Source: Polyangiales bacterium (GTDB lineage: Bacteria; Myxococcota_A; Polyangia; Polyangiales; Ga0077539). Taken from it: a stretch of DNA of 54,026 nt. Under the pieces are notes generated by a model, which was not told the origin of the DNA, searched no databases, and saw only the letters and a list, made by a program, of their open reading frames with translations. Below, one piece after another: positions 30,007 to 41,003 of the stretch (positions within the stretch are counted from its first letter, which is position 1; each line of letters opens with the position of its first letter). The position numbers and the translations under genes are program-made. Location: NCBI GenBank assembly GCA_041389825.1, contig JAWKRC010000007.1, forward strand, positions 253,093 through 307,118, written 5' to 3'.

Positions 30007-31290
30007 ATGCGCGGGCTCAGCGACTATCAGCGCCGACTGGTGGTCTTCCTCTCGGTGGCGACCTTCTTCGAGGGCTACGACATGCTGGCCCTCACCCAGC
30101 TCCTGCCCAACCTCCGCCGACACTTCGCGCTCTCCGAGTCCGAGGGCGGCGCGATGATCGCCCTCATCAACGTCGGCACCGTGCTCGCGTACTTCCTCGT
30201 GCGCCTCGCCGACCGCTGGGGCCGGCGCCGCGTGCTCTCGGTCACCATCGCGGGCTACACCGTGATGTCCTTCCTCTCGGCGCTCGCGCCCAACGCCGTG
30301 GTCTTCGCCCTCGCGCAGCTCTGCGCGCGGGTCTTCCTCATCGGCGAGTGGGCCGTCGCGATGGTCGTCGCCGCCGAGGAGTTCCCCGCCGACCGCCGCG
30401 GCACCGTCATCGGGGTCATCCAGGGCTTCTCCTCCCTCGGGGCCATCGTGTGCGCGGGGCTCGTCCCGCTGATGCTCAAGGCCCCCATGGGCTGGCGCAC
30501 GGTCTACATGGTGGGCGCAGTCCCGCTGGTGATCCTCGCGTGGGCGCGGCGCGACCTGCGCGAGACGACGCGCTTCGTGAAGCAGCAGGAGACCCTCGCT
30601 CCCCCGTCGGTGGAGCCCGCCGCCGGAGAGCTCGCCTCGCCCTACCGCCCCGAGCGCGCGGCCGCGACGCGCGACCGGCCGCTCACGGCCATCCTGCGCG
30701 GGCCGTGGCGAAAGCGGGTGTTCGTCCTGAGCGCGGTCTGGTTCTGCACGTACATCTGCACCCAGAACGCCGTGACCTTCTGGAAGGAGTTCGCCGTCCA
30801 CGACCGCGGGCTGACCGACGGCGCGGTGGGGCTCTCGGTGAGCATCGCCGCCCTCGCCTCGATGCCCCTGGTCTTCTACGCCGGCCGCCTCCTCGACCGG
30901 GTGGGTCGACGCGTGGGCGCGGCCGTGATCCTCGGCGCCGCCGCCCTGGGCACCTTCACCTCGTACACGGCCCACGACCGCTGGGCCCTCACGGCCTCGC
31001 TCGTCCTCTCGGTCTTCGGCGCGAGCGCGGTGCTCTCGCTCCTGAACGCCTACACCACCGAGCTCTTCCCCACCGACCAGCGCGGAGACGCCTTCGCCTG
31101 GTCGAACAACCTCCTCGGGCGCCTCGGGTACGTGCTCTCTCCCCTCGCCCTCGGGTTCGCCGCGCAGCGGGTCGGCTGGGGCGCCGCCGTCGCCCCCACG
31201 GCCGTCTTCGCCCTCGTCGCCCTCGGCATCGTCTGGGTCGCCCTGCCCGAGACCCGCGGCCGGGAGCTCGAAGACACCGCGCGGCTCTGA
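30007..31290 (+). CDS. MFS transporter
   Basis: 12 predicted TM helices and the MFS motif RLADRWGRRRVL after TM2. ATG at codon 14 of ORF 29968..31290. Confidence 0.8.
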   Translation: MRGLSDYQRRLVVFLSVATFFEGYDMLALTQLLPNLRRHFALSESEGGAMIALINVGTVLAYFLVRLADRWGRRRVLSVTIAGYTVMSFLSALAPNAVVFALAQLCARVFLIGEWAVAMVVAAEEFPADRRGTVIGVIQGFSSLGAIVCAGLVPLMLKAPMGWRTVYMVGAVPLVILAWARRDLRETTRFVKQQETLAPPSVEPAAGELASPYRPERAAATRDRPLTAILRGPWRKRVFVLSAVWFCTYICTQNAVTFWKEFAVHDRGLTDGAVGLSVSIAALASMPLVFYAGRLLDRVGRRVGAAVILGAAALGTFTSYTAHDRWALTASLVLSVFGASAVLSLLNAYTTELFPTDQRGDAFAWSNNLLGRLGYVLSPLALGFAAQRVGWGAAVAPTAVFALVALGIVWVALPETRGRELEDTARL

Positions 31291-31336
31291 CGATTCCTCG
31301 CCACTGTGTGACGGCCCTGGATAGACTCGCGGCTCC

Positions 31337-32180
31337 GTGGCGACGGCGCAGCCCAGCACCATCATCCCTGGGGAGTACATCGAGGCGATCAGCGGCCTCG
31401 ACCTCGCGGGGTACTCCGTCGAGGGCGTGCTCGGGCGCGGCGGCGTCGGGGTGGTCTTCGCGGCGACGCACGAGGGCGCGCCCGTCGCGGTGAAGCTCGC
31501 GTGGCCCTGGCCCTCGCGCGACGAGGGCTTTTCACCCCGAGCGCACGCGCCACCGGCCTGCGTCATGCGGCCTGAGCGGCGACCAGCGGGCGCTCAAGTG
31601 CATCGCGCCCGTCGACCTGCCCGTGTGCAACCGCGCGGTGAAGGGCGAGGCCGTGCGGCTCGGAGAGGTCAGCCACGGCGCGGTGGTGAAGCTCGTCGCG
31701 CGCTTCGCGGTCACGACGGCCGCGCGGCCTACGCGACCGAGCGCTTCGACGGAGAGGCGCTCCGCTCAAGCCAGGCCCGGCGCTCACAAGCTCAGCGCAG
31801 GCGATCCAGGCTGCACGACCGCGACTGGCGCACGGCGACCTCAAGCTTGCGAGAACGCGCGCAGGTGAACGACGAGGCGAGCTCAGGCTCATCGACTGCT
31901 GCCCATCGGCCTTGCGAGCTCCTGACCCCGGCGTGGAACCTGAACTTCCTCGTCGACGCCGCTGGTCGACAGCGCCGACCCGCGCGCGACCGGAGGATGG
32001 TCTTCCGCCACCGCGACCTCGTGGCCCTGCTCCTTGGCCTGCGAGGCCTTCACCGGCGAGCGGCCGTGGTGCACCCCGAGGTCGCCGGATGCTTTCCGGG
32101 CAGATTTCCGACCGAGCTGAAGCGCCAGACCCTGCACACCGCGCTGAGCGGTCGACAGCGCTCTGTCGAAGCTCCCTGAG
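31337..32180 (+). pseudogene. Ser/Thr protein kinase-like gene, fragmented by frameshifts
   Basis: A Gly-rich loop plus VAIK-like motif (VLGRGGVGVVFAATHEGAPVAVKL) is in ORF 31337. An alphaC/beta4-like segment (GEAVRLGEVSHGAVVKLVARF) is in the frame of ORF 31623..31868. An HRDL remnant also occurs further downstream within ORF 31337..32179. Confidence 0.35.
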
Positions 32181-32391
32181 GTGCTGCGGCCCTTCGTAAG
32201 CCTCGCGCTCGACCCAGGCTCTGGCCCGACGAGGTCAACGTCTTCGGCGTACCTCCAGGCGCGGCCCTTCGAGGTCCGCTGCGACGCGCTCGCGACCCTC
32301 GACGTGGGCGAGCTCTTCGCGAAGCCTGCGGCTAGGGGTCCGACGACCCGCGCGTCTGTGACGCGACGTGGTGTAGAACTCGCACCGCCCG

Positions 32392-35300
32392 ATGCACCGG
32401 TTGTCCTCGACCGCCGCCGCTCCGTGGCTCCTGCGCGCGCTGCTGGCGGCGGTGCCCGACTTCTTCGGCGCCAACGCCGGGCGCAACTGGGACTTCACCG
32501 TCGACGACGCAGGATCTCGTGCTTCGCCCCTGCGCAACCTCTGGGCGGGCCGGCTCGTGCTCACCCCCGGCGCCGAGCGCGTCGAGGCCGCGACGAACCT
32601 CTTGTGGGTGCTGCTGCTCAGCCCCGCCGACGCGCTGGGCGTCTCGCACGAGCTGCTCTCGAAGGTGCTCGGCCTCGCCCTCGCGTCGCTCGCGCTCGCG
32701 GCCGTCGCGCTCTTCCCCTCGGTGGCCTACCGGCGCGAGCCCCGGTACTACGACCTCGTCGCGCCCCTGTGCGCCGCCACCTTCGCGCTGGCATACCTGG
32801 ACCGTCTCGGGCCTCGAGAACGGGCTCTTCCAGTTCCTCGCGGCGAGCTCGGTGGTGCTGCTCGCGTGGGAGGAGCACGCCCCGACGCGGGTGCCGTGGT
32901 CGTCGGTCACGCTGGGCCTGCTCTTCGCGACGCGCCCCGACGGCGGGCTCTACGCCGCCGCCATCGGCTGCGCGAAGCTGATGCGCGCGAGCTCGACGGG
33001 CGTGCGACGTCAAGACGTCGCCTGGGGCTTCACCCTCGGCGCGATGGCCGGCGCGCTGGAGCTCTTCCGCCTCGCGTACTTCGCCTGGCCCTTCCCCAAC
33101 AGCTTCTACACGAAGAAGCGCACCTTCGAGTTCGGCAAGGACCTCACCAAGTTCGACTCCGCAGGGGTGGACATACGTCCGCCGAACAATGCGCCTACAA
33201 AAGCTCGAAGCGCGCCGCCGTCGCGCCCGCGCTGCTCCTCGCCTTCCGCGCCCCGGTGGCCCGCGTGGGGCTCCTCCTCTGTCGCGGGCGTGTTCCTCCC
33301 GGTCTCGCGGCGACTGGATGGAAGGAGTGGCGCTTCCTCACCTACCTTGCCCTGTCTTCACCTGGGCGTCGCCGAGGCCGCGCGCGCCCTGCGCGCTTCC
33401 CCTCGCGCTCGCGCCAGCGAGCCAGCCGTGCTCGCCCTCGCGCTCACCCCACGTCGCCGCGTACTTCGTCGTCGCCGAGACGACCCGCGCGTACCCCACG
33501 CGCTACCCGCGCTGCGCTCGCTGCAGCACCTGGAGTTCTCCGTCGTCCGCGAGCGCGCGCTACTTCGCCGCCGCGGCGCGCGTGCTCGACGTGACCGACG
33601 GCTCGGTGGTCGACCCCGACGTCGGGGGAATGTCCTACGACTCGGGCCTGCGCGTCATCGACCTCTTCGGCCTCGGCGACGTCGCCGTCGCGCACACGCA
33701 CCCGGTCGACGAGCCCGGGCTGCGCGAGGCCCTCTTCGGCGAGCGACGTCCGACCTTCGTCCACCTGCACGGCGCCTGGTACGCCGCGGTGATGCTCGAA
33801 CGGCTCGAGGAGCTCGACGGGCTGTACCTCCGCCTGCCGGGCACCATCGGCGGCGAGCACGACGACGGCTCGAACTACGTCCGCCGCGAAGCCCTCGCCG
33901 CCCCGTGGACCGAAGAGGCCGAGGCCGCGCCGCCGCTCTCCAGGCGCGGCCGCCCGTGCGCGTCGACGGCTTCACACCGTGTCAGCGCGCGGCGTCGACC
34001 GGCTTGAGTCGGTCTACGTCGAGCTCGCCTTCGCGGGCCACGACGGCGTCGCCATCCGGCAGCGTCGTGGCGATCCTGAGGCCCCGGCGCCCGCGCGAGC
34101 GCGCCCGCGACCATGGCCGGCAGGCTCTTCGGCCCCGCGACCTTCCTCGAGGAGAGCGCCCGTGGGGCCGCGTGCGGCTCACGTGCTCGCGCCGGGCCGC
34201 TACGAGCTCCGCTGGCGCAGCGACGAGGTCGAGGTCCCCCTCGGCGCCGTGTACGTCGGCGGCACGGCGCCCCGCGTACACCCGCGACGCCCGCGCGCGC
34301 GTCACCGCGCTCCTTCGCGAGGCGGATGCGTGACGCCGCTGCGTCGCGCTCCTTCCGCCTCGCCGCCGAAGAGGGCGCCGCCGACGCCGACGCGACCGGG
34401 CCCTCGCGATGTACGCGCGCGCCCTCGCGGGCCGCGCGCTGCGCCTGGGCGAGCACGGGCTCTACCGCCTCGCCGCGCAGACCTGCAGGCCGAGAATCGC
34501 AACGCTTCAGCCGAGACGACGCCCGCGCCCGATCGCTGGTGCAGCGCCTCGCCGAGCGCCTCGCCCGACGCCTACGCGCGGCGGAGCGCGCCCACGACGT
34601 CGCGCGGGCCTGCGACCTCGCCCGCGACGCGGTGCTCCTCGACCCCCGACGGAGCTGGATGCGCCGCCGCGCGGAGGAGCTTCGCCCGCTGCGTCGCAGC
34701 GAGTACGACGGCGGCCGGGAGCTCGCGGGCTACCGCTTCGCCGCGAGCGCGGCGGCGAGCGCGACCGCCGAGACGCCGACGCCCGCGTCGCTCGACGACG
34801 CGGCGGTGTTCATGATGACCCTGGGCCGCGGCGCCGAAGCGGTGGCGCTCCTCGACCGCGCGCGGCGTGTGCCCGAGTCGCCGTGGGCGCGGGTCGCGGC
34901 GGCGCGCGGTCACCTCATCCGCGGAGAGGTCTCCGAGGCGCGCGCGCTCCTCGCGTCGGTGGCCTGCGACACGGCGCGCGACCCCGAGGTGAACCGCGCG
35001 CTCGCCGAGGTCGACAACGCGCCCGCGCGCCCGACGGACCCGCTCTGCGCGCGCCCGCTCGTGTCGGGGAGCGCGCCCGCGTGGGTGTCTCCGCCGGCGC
35101 CCTTCAACGCCGTCGAGGGCAGCTTCGAGTCGACGCGCTGGCAGGGCTGGACCGCGACGGGCACGGCTTTCGGCGCGGGCCCGATCCACGACACGCCGAC
35201 GAACCAGACCTTCGTGAACGGATGGCGCGGGCAGCGCTACGCGAGCTCCTACGCGGCCAACAACGACGCGGCGACGGGCACGCTCCGCTCGCGGCCGTTC

Positions 35301-35561
35301 ACGGTGAGCGCCGACGCGATGTCCTTCCTCATCGCGGGCGGGAGCGACGAGGCCCACGTCGGCGTGCGGCTGGTGATCAACGGCGAGGCGGTGCTCCGGC
35401 AGGCGGGCAACGACACCGAGGGCTTCCGCCGGGTGTTCTGGGACCTGCGGCCCGTCCACGGTCGCACCGCGGTGCTCGAGGTCTACGACGACGCCACCGG
35501 CGGCTGGGGGCACGTCATGGTCGACGATTTCGTGCTCGAGCCCACGGTGCCGACAACCTGA
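32392..35561 (+). pseudogene. Fragmented locus for a large polytopic membrane protein (GT-C glycosyltransferase-like) with TPR-like segment and C-terminal beta-sandwich domain; many frame changes
   Basis: Hydrophobic multi-TM segments and loop motifs are spread over ORFs 32392..33594, 32519..34333 and 33189..34007. The C-terminal roughly 180 aa in ORF 34113..35561 (FNAVEGSFESTRWQGW...VLEVYDDATGGWGHVMVDDFVLEP) look like a lectin/jelly-roll domain. No single frame is intact. Confidence 0.3.
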
Positions 35562-35588
35562 AGGTCGGTCTCGCGTAGGGTCGCGGCC

Positions 35589-36772
35589 ATGCAACGCCCC
35601 CGCAGCGCCGCCTCGCTCCTCCTGGCGCTCCCCTCGCCTTCGTCGCCTTCGTCGCGGTGTTCGCGGTGCGTCACGCGCTGGGCCAGCGACGGCTCCGCGC
35701 CCTCGACGCGAAGATCACCCCGGCCATCGCGCGGCTCTCCCGCGAGCGCTGGGAGCGCCCCGTCCTGCGCGGCGCGGCCGTCGACGCCAACGCGTGGGTG
35801 GGCCTCGTCGACGCGAGCGTGCGCGCGTCGCGGCAGTTCCCCCAGCGCGGCCACGCCGACTTCGACGCCGCCCTCGAAGCGGGCCGAGACCTTCCCGCCT
35901 CGTGGACGCAGCGCGTGACCCCCGCGCGCGACGCGCTCGCCGCGCTCCGCGCCGCCACGCAGCGCTCCTGGTCGTGGAACCCCTCGCCCGTCCCCGCGCC
36001 CTCGGCGCCGATGCCGCCGCTCGGCGACGTGGCGCGCGCGTCTCGCGGGCTGCTCACGCAAGCCCTCGCCTCGCCGCCCGCGGAGTGCCTCGCCATCTGC
36101 GCCGACGTGGTCCGCGTCGGTCAGGACTTCTCCGCGGGGCAAGGCCCCCTCGGCCTCGCGATGGAGGGCCTGCTCTCTCGCCTCGCCGTCGCCGCCGCGC
36201 GGCGCTGCGCGGCCACCGCCGACGCCGACGCGCGCGCCCACGCCACGACGGAGTTCAGCGCCCTGCACCGCGCCTGGAGGCCGCTCGGCGCCTTCAAGGC
36301 GGTCGACACCCTGGGCATCGCGCGCGCCGTGGTGACGGAGCTCGACGCGGGGCTCCCGCCCGCGGGCCTCCAGCGCCTCGCCTACCTCTGGTACCGCCCC
36401 GACGCGATCGAGCGCATCGCGTGGACCGTCGACCAGCTCCCCCGCTGGCGCTCAGCAGGCGCGACGGGCGACGACCCCGCCGCGCTCGACCGCCTCGTCG
36501 AGGAGGAGAACGCGCGACTGATGGGCAACGACATCACGCAGATGGTCGCGGCGGCCTTCGGCCGGATCATCGAACGCGGTCGCTCCGGTCGCGCGTGGGT
36601 GGGCGCGATGGCGGCGGCCCTGAGCGGCCCGGGAGCGTCGATGGCCGACCCCTTCTCCACGGCGCCCGTCGCCGTGACCCGCGACGCGAGCGGGGTCACC
36701 GCGCGCTCCGTCGGCCCCGACCGGCGCGCGGGCACCACCGACGACGTGGTGGTCACCCTCCCCGCGCCGTAG
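35589..36772 (+). CDS. Hypothetical protein with N-terminal signal-anchor, probable 1-nt frameshift near 35630
   Basis: ORF 35657..36772 (371 aa) has no recognisable domain. Upstream, ORF 35589 begins MQRPRSAASLLLALP, and a 1-nt shift at a cccc run continues it as LAFVAFVAVFAVRHALGQ, which gives a classic N-terminal TM anchor. Confidence 0.45.
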
Positions 36773-36790
36773 GGACGAAACACCGCCTGG

Positions 36791-36935
36791 GCAGGGGAGT
36801 TTCATCACAGGGCCTGGGATGTTTCATCCCTGCCCGGAGGGGTTTCATCTCAGGGTCTGGGATGTTTCATCCCTGCCCGGAGGGGTTTCATCTCAGGGGT
36901 TGGGAGGTTTCCTCCCTGCCCTGGGAGGATTCCTC
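36791..36935. repeat. 43-bp tandem repeat, about 3.5 copies (gggatgtttcatccctgcccggaggggtttcatctcagggtct)
   Basis: Seen directly in the sequence. It is relatively AT-rich. It lies in the convergent intergenic region between the 35657..36772 gene and the FGE-domain gene. Confidence 0.8.
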
Positions 36936-36956
36936 TCGGCGCCGAGCGGCTCCCCC

Positions 36957-37709
36957 TCAGCGCAGGTCGGCGCAGCAGCGGAAGCCCGTGGAGTAGTCGT
37001 GGTAGCCCGGGTTGTGCGCGCGCGTGGCGTAGTCGCACCCGGGGCGGTTCTGGTGCACGTCGACGTAGTACCCGCCGCGGAACACCCCTCGGCCTCCGCG
37101 GGTGCGCGCCTCGACCCACTCGTGGAGGTTGCCCACCATGTCGAAGGCCCCGAAGCCGCTGCGGCAGCGCGGGTGCGAGCCGCTGCGCGCGAGGGTGTTC
37201 GGCATCTGGTTGAGCCTGGGGTCGTTCATCTGCGACTCGTGGAAGACGTCCCCCGGCCCGTAGAGCAGCGGCACCGGCCCGACGCGGCCGTCGTTGCAGC
37301 GCCCGCGCACGTAGGTGTCGCCGTAGGGCCACTGCGTCGGGTTGCGCCCCTTGCACGCGCGCACCCACTCCACCTCGGTGCAGAGCCGCTTGTGCGCCGC
37401 CGCGCAGGCCGCGCGGGCCTGCACCTGCGAGATGTACCCCTGGGGCGACCGCCCCCTGCGCGACTCGGCCCGGTACCGCACGCCCACCCGCGGGGGAATG
37501 AACGGGCTCCACGGCCGCGTGCGCCCGCGCGGCAGGAGCTCGACCAGCGAGCCCTCGTACGCGTCGACGCAGTACTGCCCCTCGACGTTGACCGTCCCCG
37601 GCGGGCACCGACGTCGTCGGCGCGGCACGAGCCCCGTGAGCACGCACGACAGCGCCACCAGGGCGATCAGGGCGCCCTCCCTCCGGGGCGATCGACGGAG
37701 CTCAACCAC
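36957..37709 (-). CDS. Formylglycine-generating enzyme (FGE/SUMF1) domain protein with N-terminal TM anchor
   Basis: DMVGNLHEWV, GGYY and HNPGYHDYSTGFRCC are hallmark FGE-sulfatase domain motifs. An N-terminal hydrophobic segment (ALIALVALSCVLTGLV) is present. Confidence 0.8.
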   Translation of the reverse strand: MVELRRSPRREGALIALVALSCVLTGLVPRRRRRCPPGTVNVEGQYCVDAYEGSLVELLPRGRTRPWSPFIPPRVGVRYRAESRRGRSPQGYISQVQARAACAAAHKRLCTEVEWVRACKGRNPTQWPYGDTYVRGRCNDGRVGPVPLLYGPGDVFHESQMNDPRLNQMPNTLARSGSHPRCRSGFGAFDMVGNLHEWVEARTRGGRGVFRGGYYVDVHQNRPGCDYATRAHNPGYHDYSTGFRCCADLR

Positions 37710-37781
37710 GACGCGGCGCGGAGCATATCGTCGCCGCGCGCCGCGTTCACCCCGCGCGACGGTCGCGTGTACCCTGCCACG

Positions 37782-38924
37782 ATGCGTCCCTCTCGCTCTG
37801 GCCTCTCGCTCCTGCTCCTCGGCGCGCTCGCCTGGGGGAGCGCGTGCTCCGACAGCGCCTCCAACACCCCGACCGTCTGCACGCCCGCGTGCCGCACGGG
37901 CTTCGCGTGCGTGAACGGCGCCTGCGTCTCGGCGTGCAACCCTCCCTGCGGCAGCGGAGAGCGCTGCGACACCACCTCCTCCGTCGCGCGCTGCGTCGCG
38001 GCCGACACCGACGCCGCGGTCAGCGACGCGGCCGTCACCGACGACGTCACCACGCCCTCCGACCTCGGCGGCGACCTCGACGTCAGCGCGCCCGCCGACA
38101 CGGGCTCCCCCGTCGACGACGTCACCCAGCCGGCAGACGCGGGCGCGCCCACCGACGCGCCCATGGTCACCGACGTCGGCGCCGACGCGATGGCCGTCGC
38201 GTGCGGGCGCTCGGGCGAGCCGTGCTGCCAGGGCCGCGCGTGCCTCAACGGCGGGCAGTGCGTGTCGAGCGTGTGCGTGACCGCGACGCCGGTGATGAAC
38301 GAGTGCACGTCGAGCGGCGAGTGCGGCGACGGCGGCGTGTGCGGCGGCCCCTTCGAGTGCGGAGGCTCCCGCCGCTGCTACCAGTGCGAAGCCCCTCCTG
38401 GGATGGGTACCTTCGGCGCGGCCTGCATGAGCGGCAGCGAGTGCCGATCGGGCGTGTGCTCCAACCGACGGTGCTCGCAGCCTTGCGTGTACGGGTCCGC
38501 GGGCGACACGGCCTGCGCGGCGGCGGGCGCGGGCTACGTGTGCACGGCGGCGTTCTTCCGCCCGATGATGACCGACCCGATCACCACGCTGGGCGTGTGC
38601 AACCAGCGCTGCGCCGCGAACCGCGAGTGCGCTGGCGGCGCCGCGTGCGTGCCGCTCCTCGACTACTTCGCCGACCGCATGGACTTCATCTGCGCGCCCT
38701 CCACCCTCACCGGCGCGCCGGGCGACGCGTGCAACCCGAGCGGCGCCACGACGTGCCGGTCGCTCCTGTGCGTGCCCACGAGCATGACCGCGGGCTACTG
38801 CACCGCGCCCTGCGCGACGGACGCCGACTGCCCCGCCGCCGCGCCCGTCTGCGACGCGCTCACGGTGATCCGGCCGTCGGGCGGCGCGCAGGCGTCGCGC
38901 GGGTGCCGCCCCCGCGACATGTGA
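37782..38924 (+). CDS. Secreted Cys-rich lipoprotein (about 380 aa, more than 40 Cys)
   Basis: MRPSRSGLSLLLLGALAWGSAC is a signal peptide plus lipobox. Repeated C-x-n-C modules are separated by an acidic T/D/A-rich linker. ORF 36819..38924 upstream of 37782 is antisense to the FGE gene and was rejected. Confidence 0.65.
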   Translation: MRPSRSGLSLLLLGALAWGSACSDSASNTPTVCTPACRTGFACVNGACVSACNPPCGSGERCDTTSSVARCVAADTDAAVSDAAVTDDVTTPSDLGGDLDVSAPADTGSPVDDVTQPADAGAPTDAPMVTDVGADAMAVACGRSGEPCCQGRACLNGGQCVSSVCVTATPVMNECTSSGECGDGGVCGGPFECGGSRRCYQCEAPPGMGTFGAACMSGSECRSGVCSNRRCSQPCVYGSAGDTACAAAGAGYVCTAAFFRPMMTDPITTLGVCNQRCAANRECAGGAACVPLLDYFADRMDFICAPSTLTGAPGDACNPSGATTCRSLLCVPTSMTAGYCTAPCATDADCPAAAPVCDALTVIRPSGGAQASRGCRPRDM

Positions 38925-38996
38925 AATGGACGAAGCCCCCGTCGGTGATCGCCACCGGCGGGGGCTCCGCTCACACGACGTTCGTGTCGGGTGTCG

Positions 38997-40348
38997 TCAG
39001 CTGCCCGGGTTGAACGTGAACGGGAAGCTGAAGTCCACGCTCCCGCCCTCGGGCGCCGGGAAGACCAGGCCCCGGATGCGCGACACGACGCAGGAGCCGA
39101 CCTCGGGGGCCTCGGACATGCCCGACGAGCTCGCGCTGGTGATGCGGCCCGAGGTGCCGATGGTGAAGCGCACCTCGACGCGGCCCGAGAGCGTGGGGTT
39201 GTTGCGCAGCGCGCGCTCGTAGCAGCTACGGATGCCGCCGAGCTGACCGCGGATGAGCCGCGCCACGGCGTTCGGGTCGAGGTTGCCCTCGCCGCCGATG
39301 GAGTCGCCGCCGCCGAGGCTCGCGTTGCCGCGGATCACGCGCTCGCGCACGATCTCGCCGCCGCTGCCGATGTTGTTGCCGCCGCCCTGCACGGTGCCCG
39401 ACTGGCCGAGGCCGCGGCCTCCGAGGCCGGCGCCGCCCGCGGAGGCGACGGAGCCGCGGCGCACGCCGCTCTGGCCCGAGGCGGCCGAGATGCCGCCGAC
39501 GTTCTGGAGGTCGCGCTCGGTGCCGGCCATGAGGCCGCCGTTGTTGAGCGCGTCGCGGGCGCTGTTCGAGCTCTCGCCCACGCCGGTGAGGGCCGCGAAC
39601 TCGGCGTTGTTGCTGAGGGCGTTGAGGGCCGCGTCGGCGGCGCGGGTCGCGGCGGCGGCGGCCGCCTCGGCGCGGTTGCCCGCGGCGCGCTCGCGGGCGG
39701 CGGCGGTCTCTCCGCGGAGTGCGAGGGCGTCGGGGCGGCGGCGGGGGCGGCCGCGGCCTCTTGCTGCTCGGAGGGCTCGTTGGTCTGCTCGGGCTCCTGA
39801 GGCTGCGGCTCTTCGGGAGCGGCGGGCTGCGAGAGCAGACGCACGAGGCGGGCGTCGTCGAGGCCCGCGTCGTCGACGATGGGGTCGTAGACGTATTCGA
39901 TGTACGCGACGCTCGCGATCGCCAGCACGAGGAAGAACGAGAAGCAGGCGTTGTAGGTCCAGTCGATGTTCTTGACCCAGCTTAGCGCGGATCGCCGCGG
40001 GGAGCTGCGGCTTGGGCTGCGGCGGGGCGGTACGACGAACTGGAAGAGGAAGGTGACGTCGCCGATCTGGATCTTGCCGCGCGAGCTCTCGGAGAGCGCC
40101 ACCTGCCAGCCCTGCGGGCCCTTGCGGGTGTTCGCGTTCGCGCGGAGATCCGCGAGGGACTTCACCCCGTCGGGCAGGGCGAGCCGCCCGTCCATCTTCT
40201 CGGTGAAGTTCGAGGAGTAGGTGCCCCCCGACATGGTGAAGAGCTCGAAGGAGGGCGGGAGCTCGTTGGCGTTCACCGTGAAGGTGTTGCGCTCGGTGGT
40301 GCCCACGGTCACCGAGTTGCGGTCACGGATGATCCGCTCCTCGGACAT
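38997..40348 (-). CDS. GltG/NfsG (PglI)-like protein: N-terminal FHA-like domain, TM helix, Pro/Glu-rich and Gly-rich linkers, AgmX/PglI TonB-C-like C-terminal domain; apparent frameshift in the low-complexity linker
   Basis: ORF 39335..40348 reads ...GKIQIGDVTFLFQFV (FHA-like end), then the TM helix ACFSFFLVLAIASVAYIEYVY, then a P/E-rich stretch. ORF 38997..39581 reads a G-rich stretch, then RLIRGQLGGIRSCYERALRNNPTLSGRVEVRFTIGTSGRITS...SFPFTF. The two ORFs overlap over 39335-39581. Confidence 0.55.
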
Positions 40349-40547
40349 CTTCGTGCCTGGATGATGCCGATGCGCAGCACCTTGGGCCCCGACGAGACCT
40401 TCGCCGCGGCCATCGCCTGGGTCATCGCCCCGGGGCGCCCGGGGCCGCGTTGTGTCGGTCCTGCCATTCGCTTCCTCCGCACTCTCTTCCCGGCGACCGG
40501 CGCCGGATCATCAACCCTGACACGCGAACCCCTCGCGGGGTTCCCGC

Positions 40548-40871
40548 TCAGAAGGGCTCCCTGCGCACCGCGTCGAGGATCTCTCGAATGAAGTGGATCG
40601 GCGCCTCGAAGTACGAGTACCCGAGGCTCGACCGGCCCGACACCGAGAAGGCGTAGGGCCGCTGGATCTCTCCGCGCACCTCGATGGTGGTGCTCGCGAC
40701 GTACACCCGTCGGCCGTTCTCGGTGCGCACCGTCGCCTGCACCTGCTCGCTGTTCGCGCCGGCGTCGGCGCCCGCGGTCGGGTTCGCGGGCGCGGGCTGC
40801 GCGGCCGCCACCGCGGGGGCGAGCAGCGCGAGGGCCGCTGTGAGCACCGCCGGTCTGAGAGACTTCTTCAT
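40548..40871 (-). CDS. Small secreted protein (GltF/NfsF-like position)
   Basis: MKKSLRPAVLTAALALLAPAVAAAQ is a signal peptide. The mature protein is about 85 aa. ATG at codon 9 of ORF 40548..40895. Confidence 0.45.
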   Translation of the reverse strand: MKKSLRPAVLTAALALLAPAVAAAQPAPANPTAGADAGANSEQVQATVRTENGRRVYVASTTIEVRGEIQRPYAFSVSGRSSLGYSYFEAPIHFIREILDAVRREPF

Positions 40872-41003
40872 CGCTGCTCCGTGGGAGGCTATCACCGGAA
40901 GCCCGGGAGACGCTACTGGGTGTTTCCCGTACTCCCGCCCTCGGGCGCGGGCGCGGGCTGGGCGGGGGCCTCGGGGGCGGGCTGCGCGGGCGCCGCGGGC
41001 GCT

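Noticed and set aside
36819-37781. N-terminal two thirds of the 701-aa ORF 36819..38924
   Set aside because: It is antisense to the FGE-domain gene and is Ala/Arg/Val-rich without structure. The real gene starts at the ATG at 37782 with a lipoprotein signal peptide.
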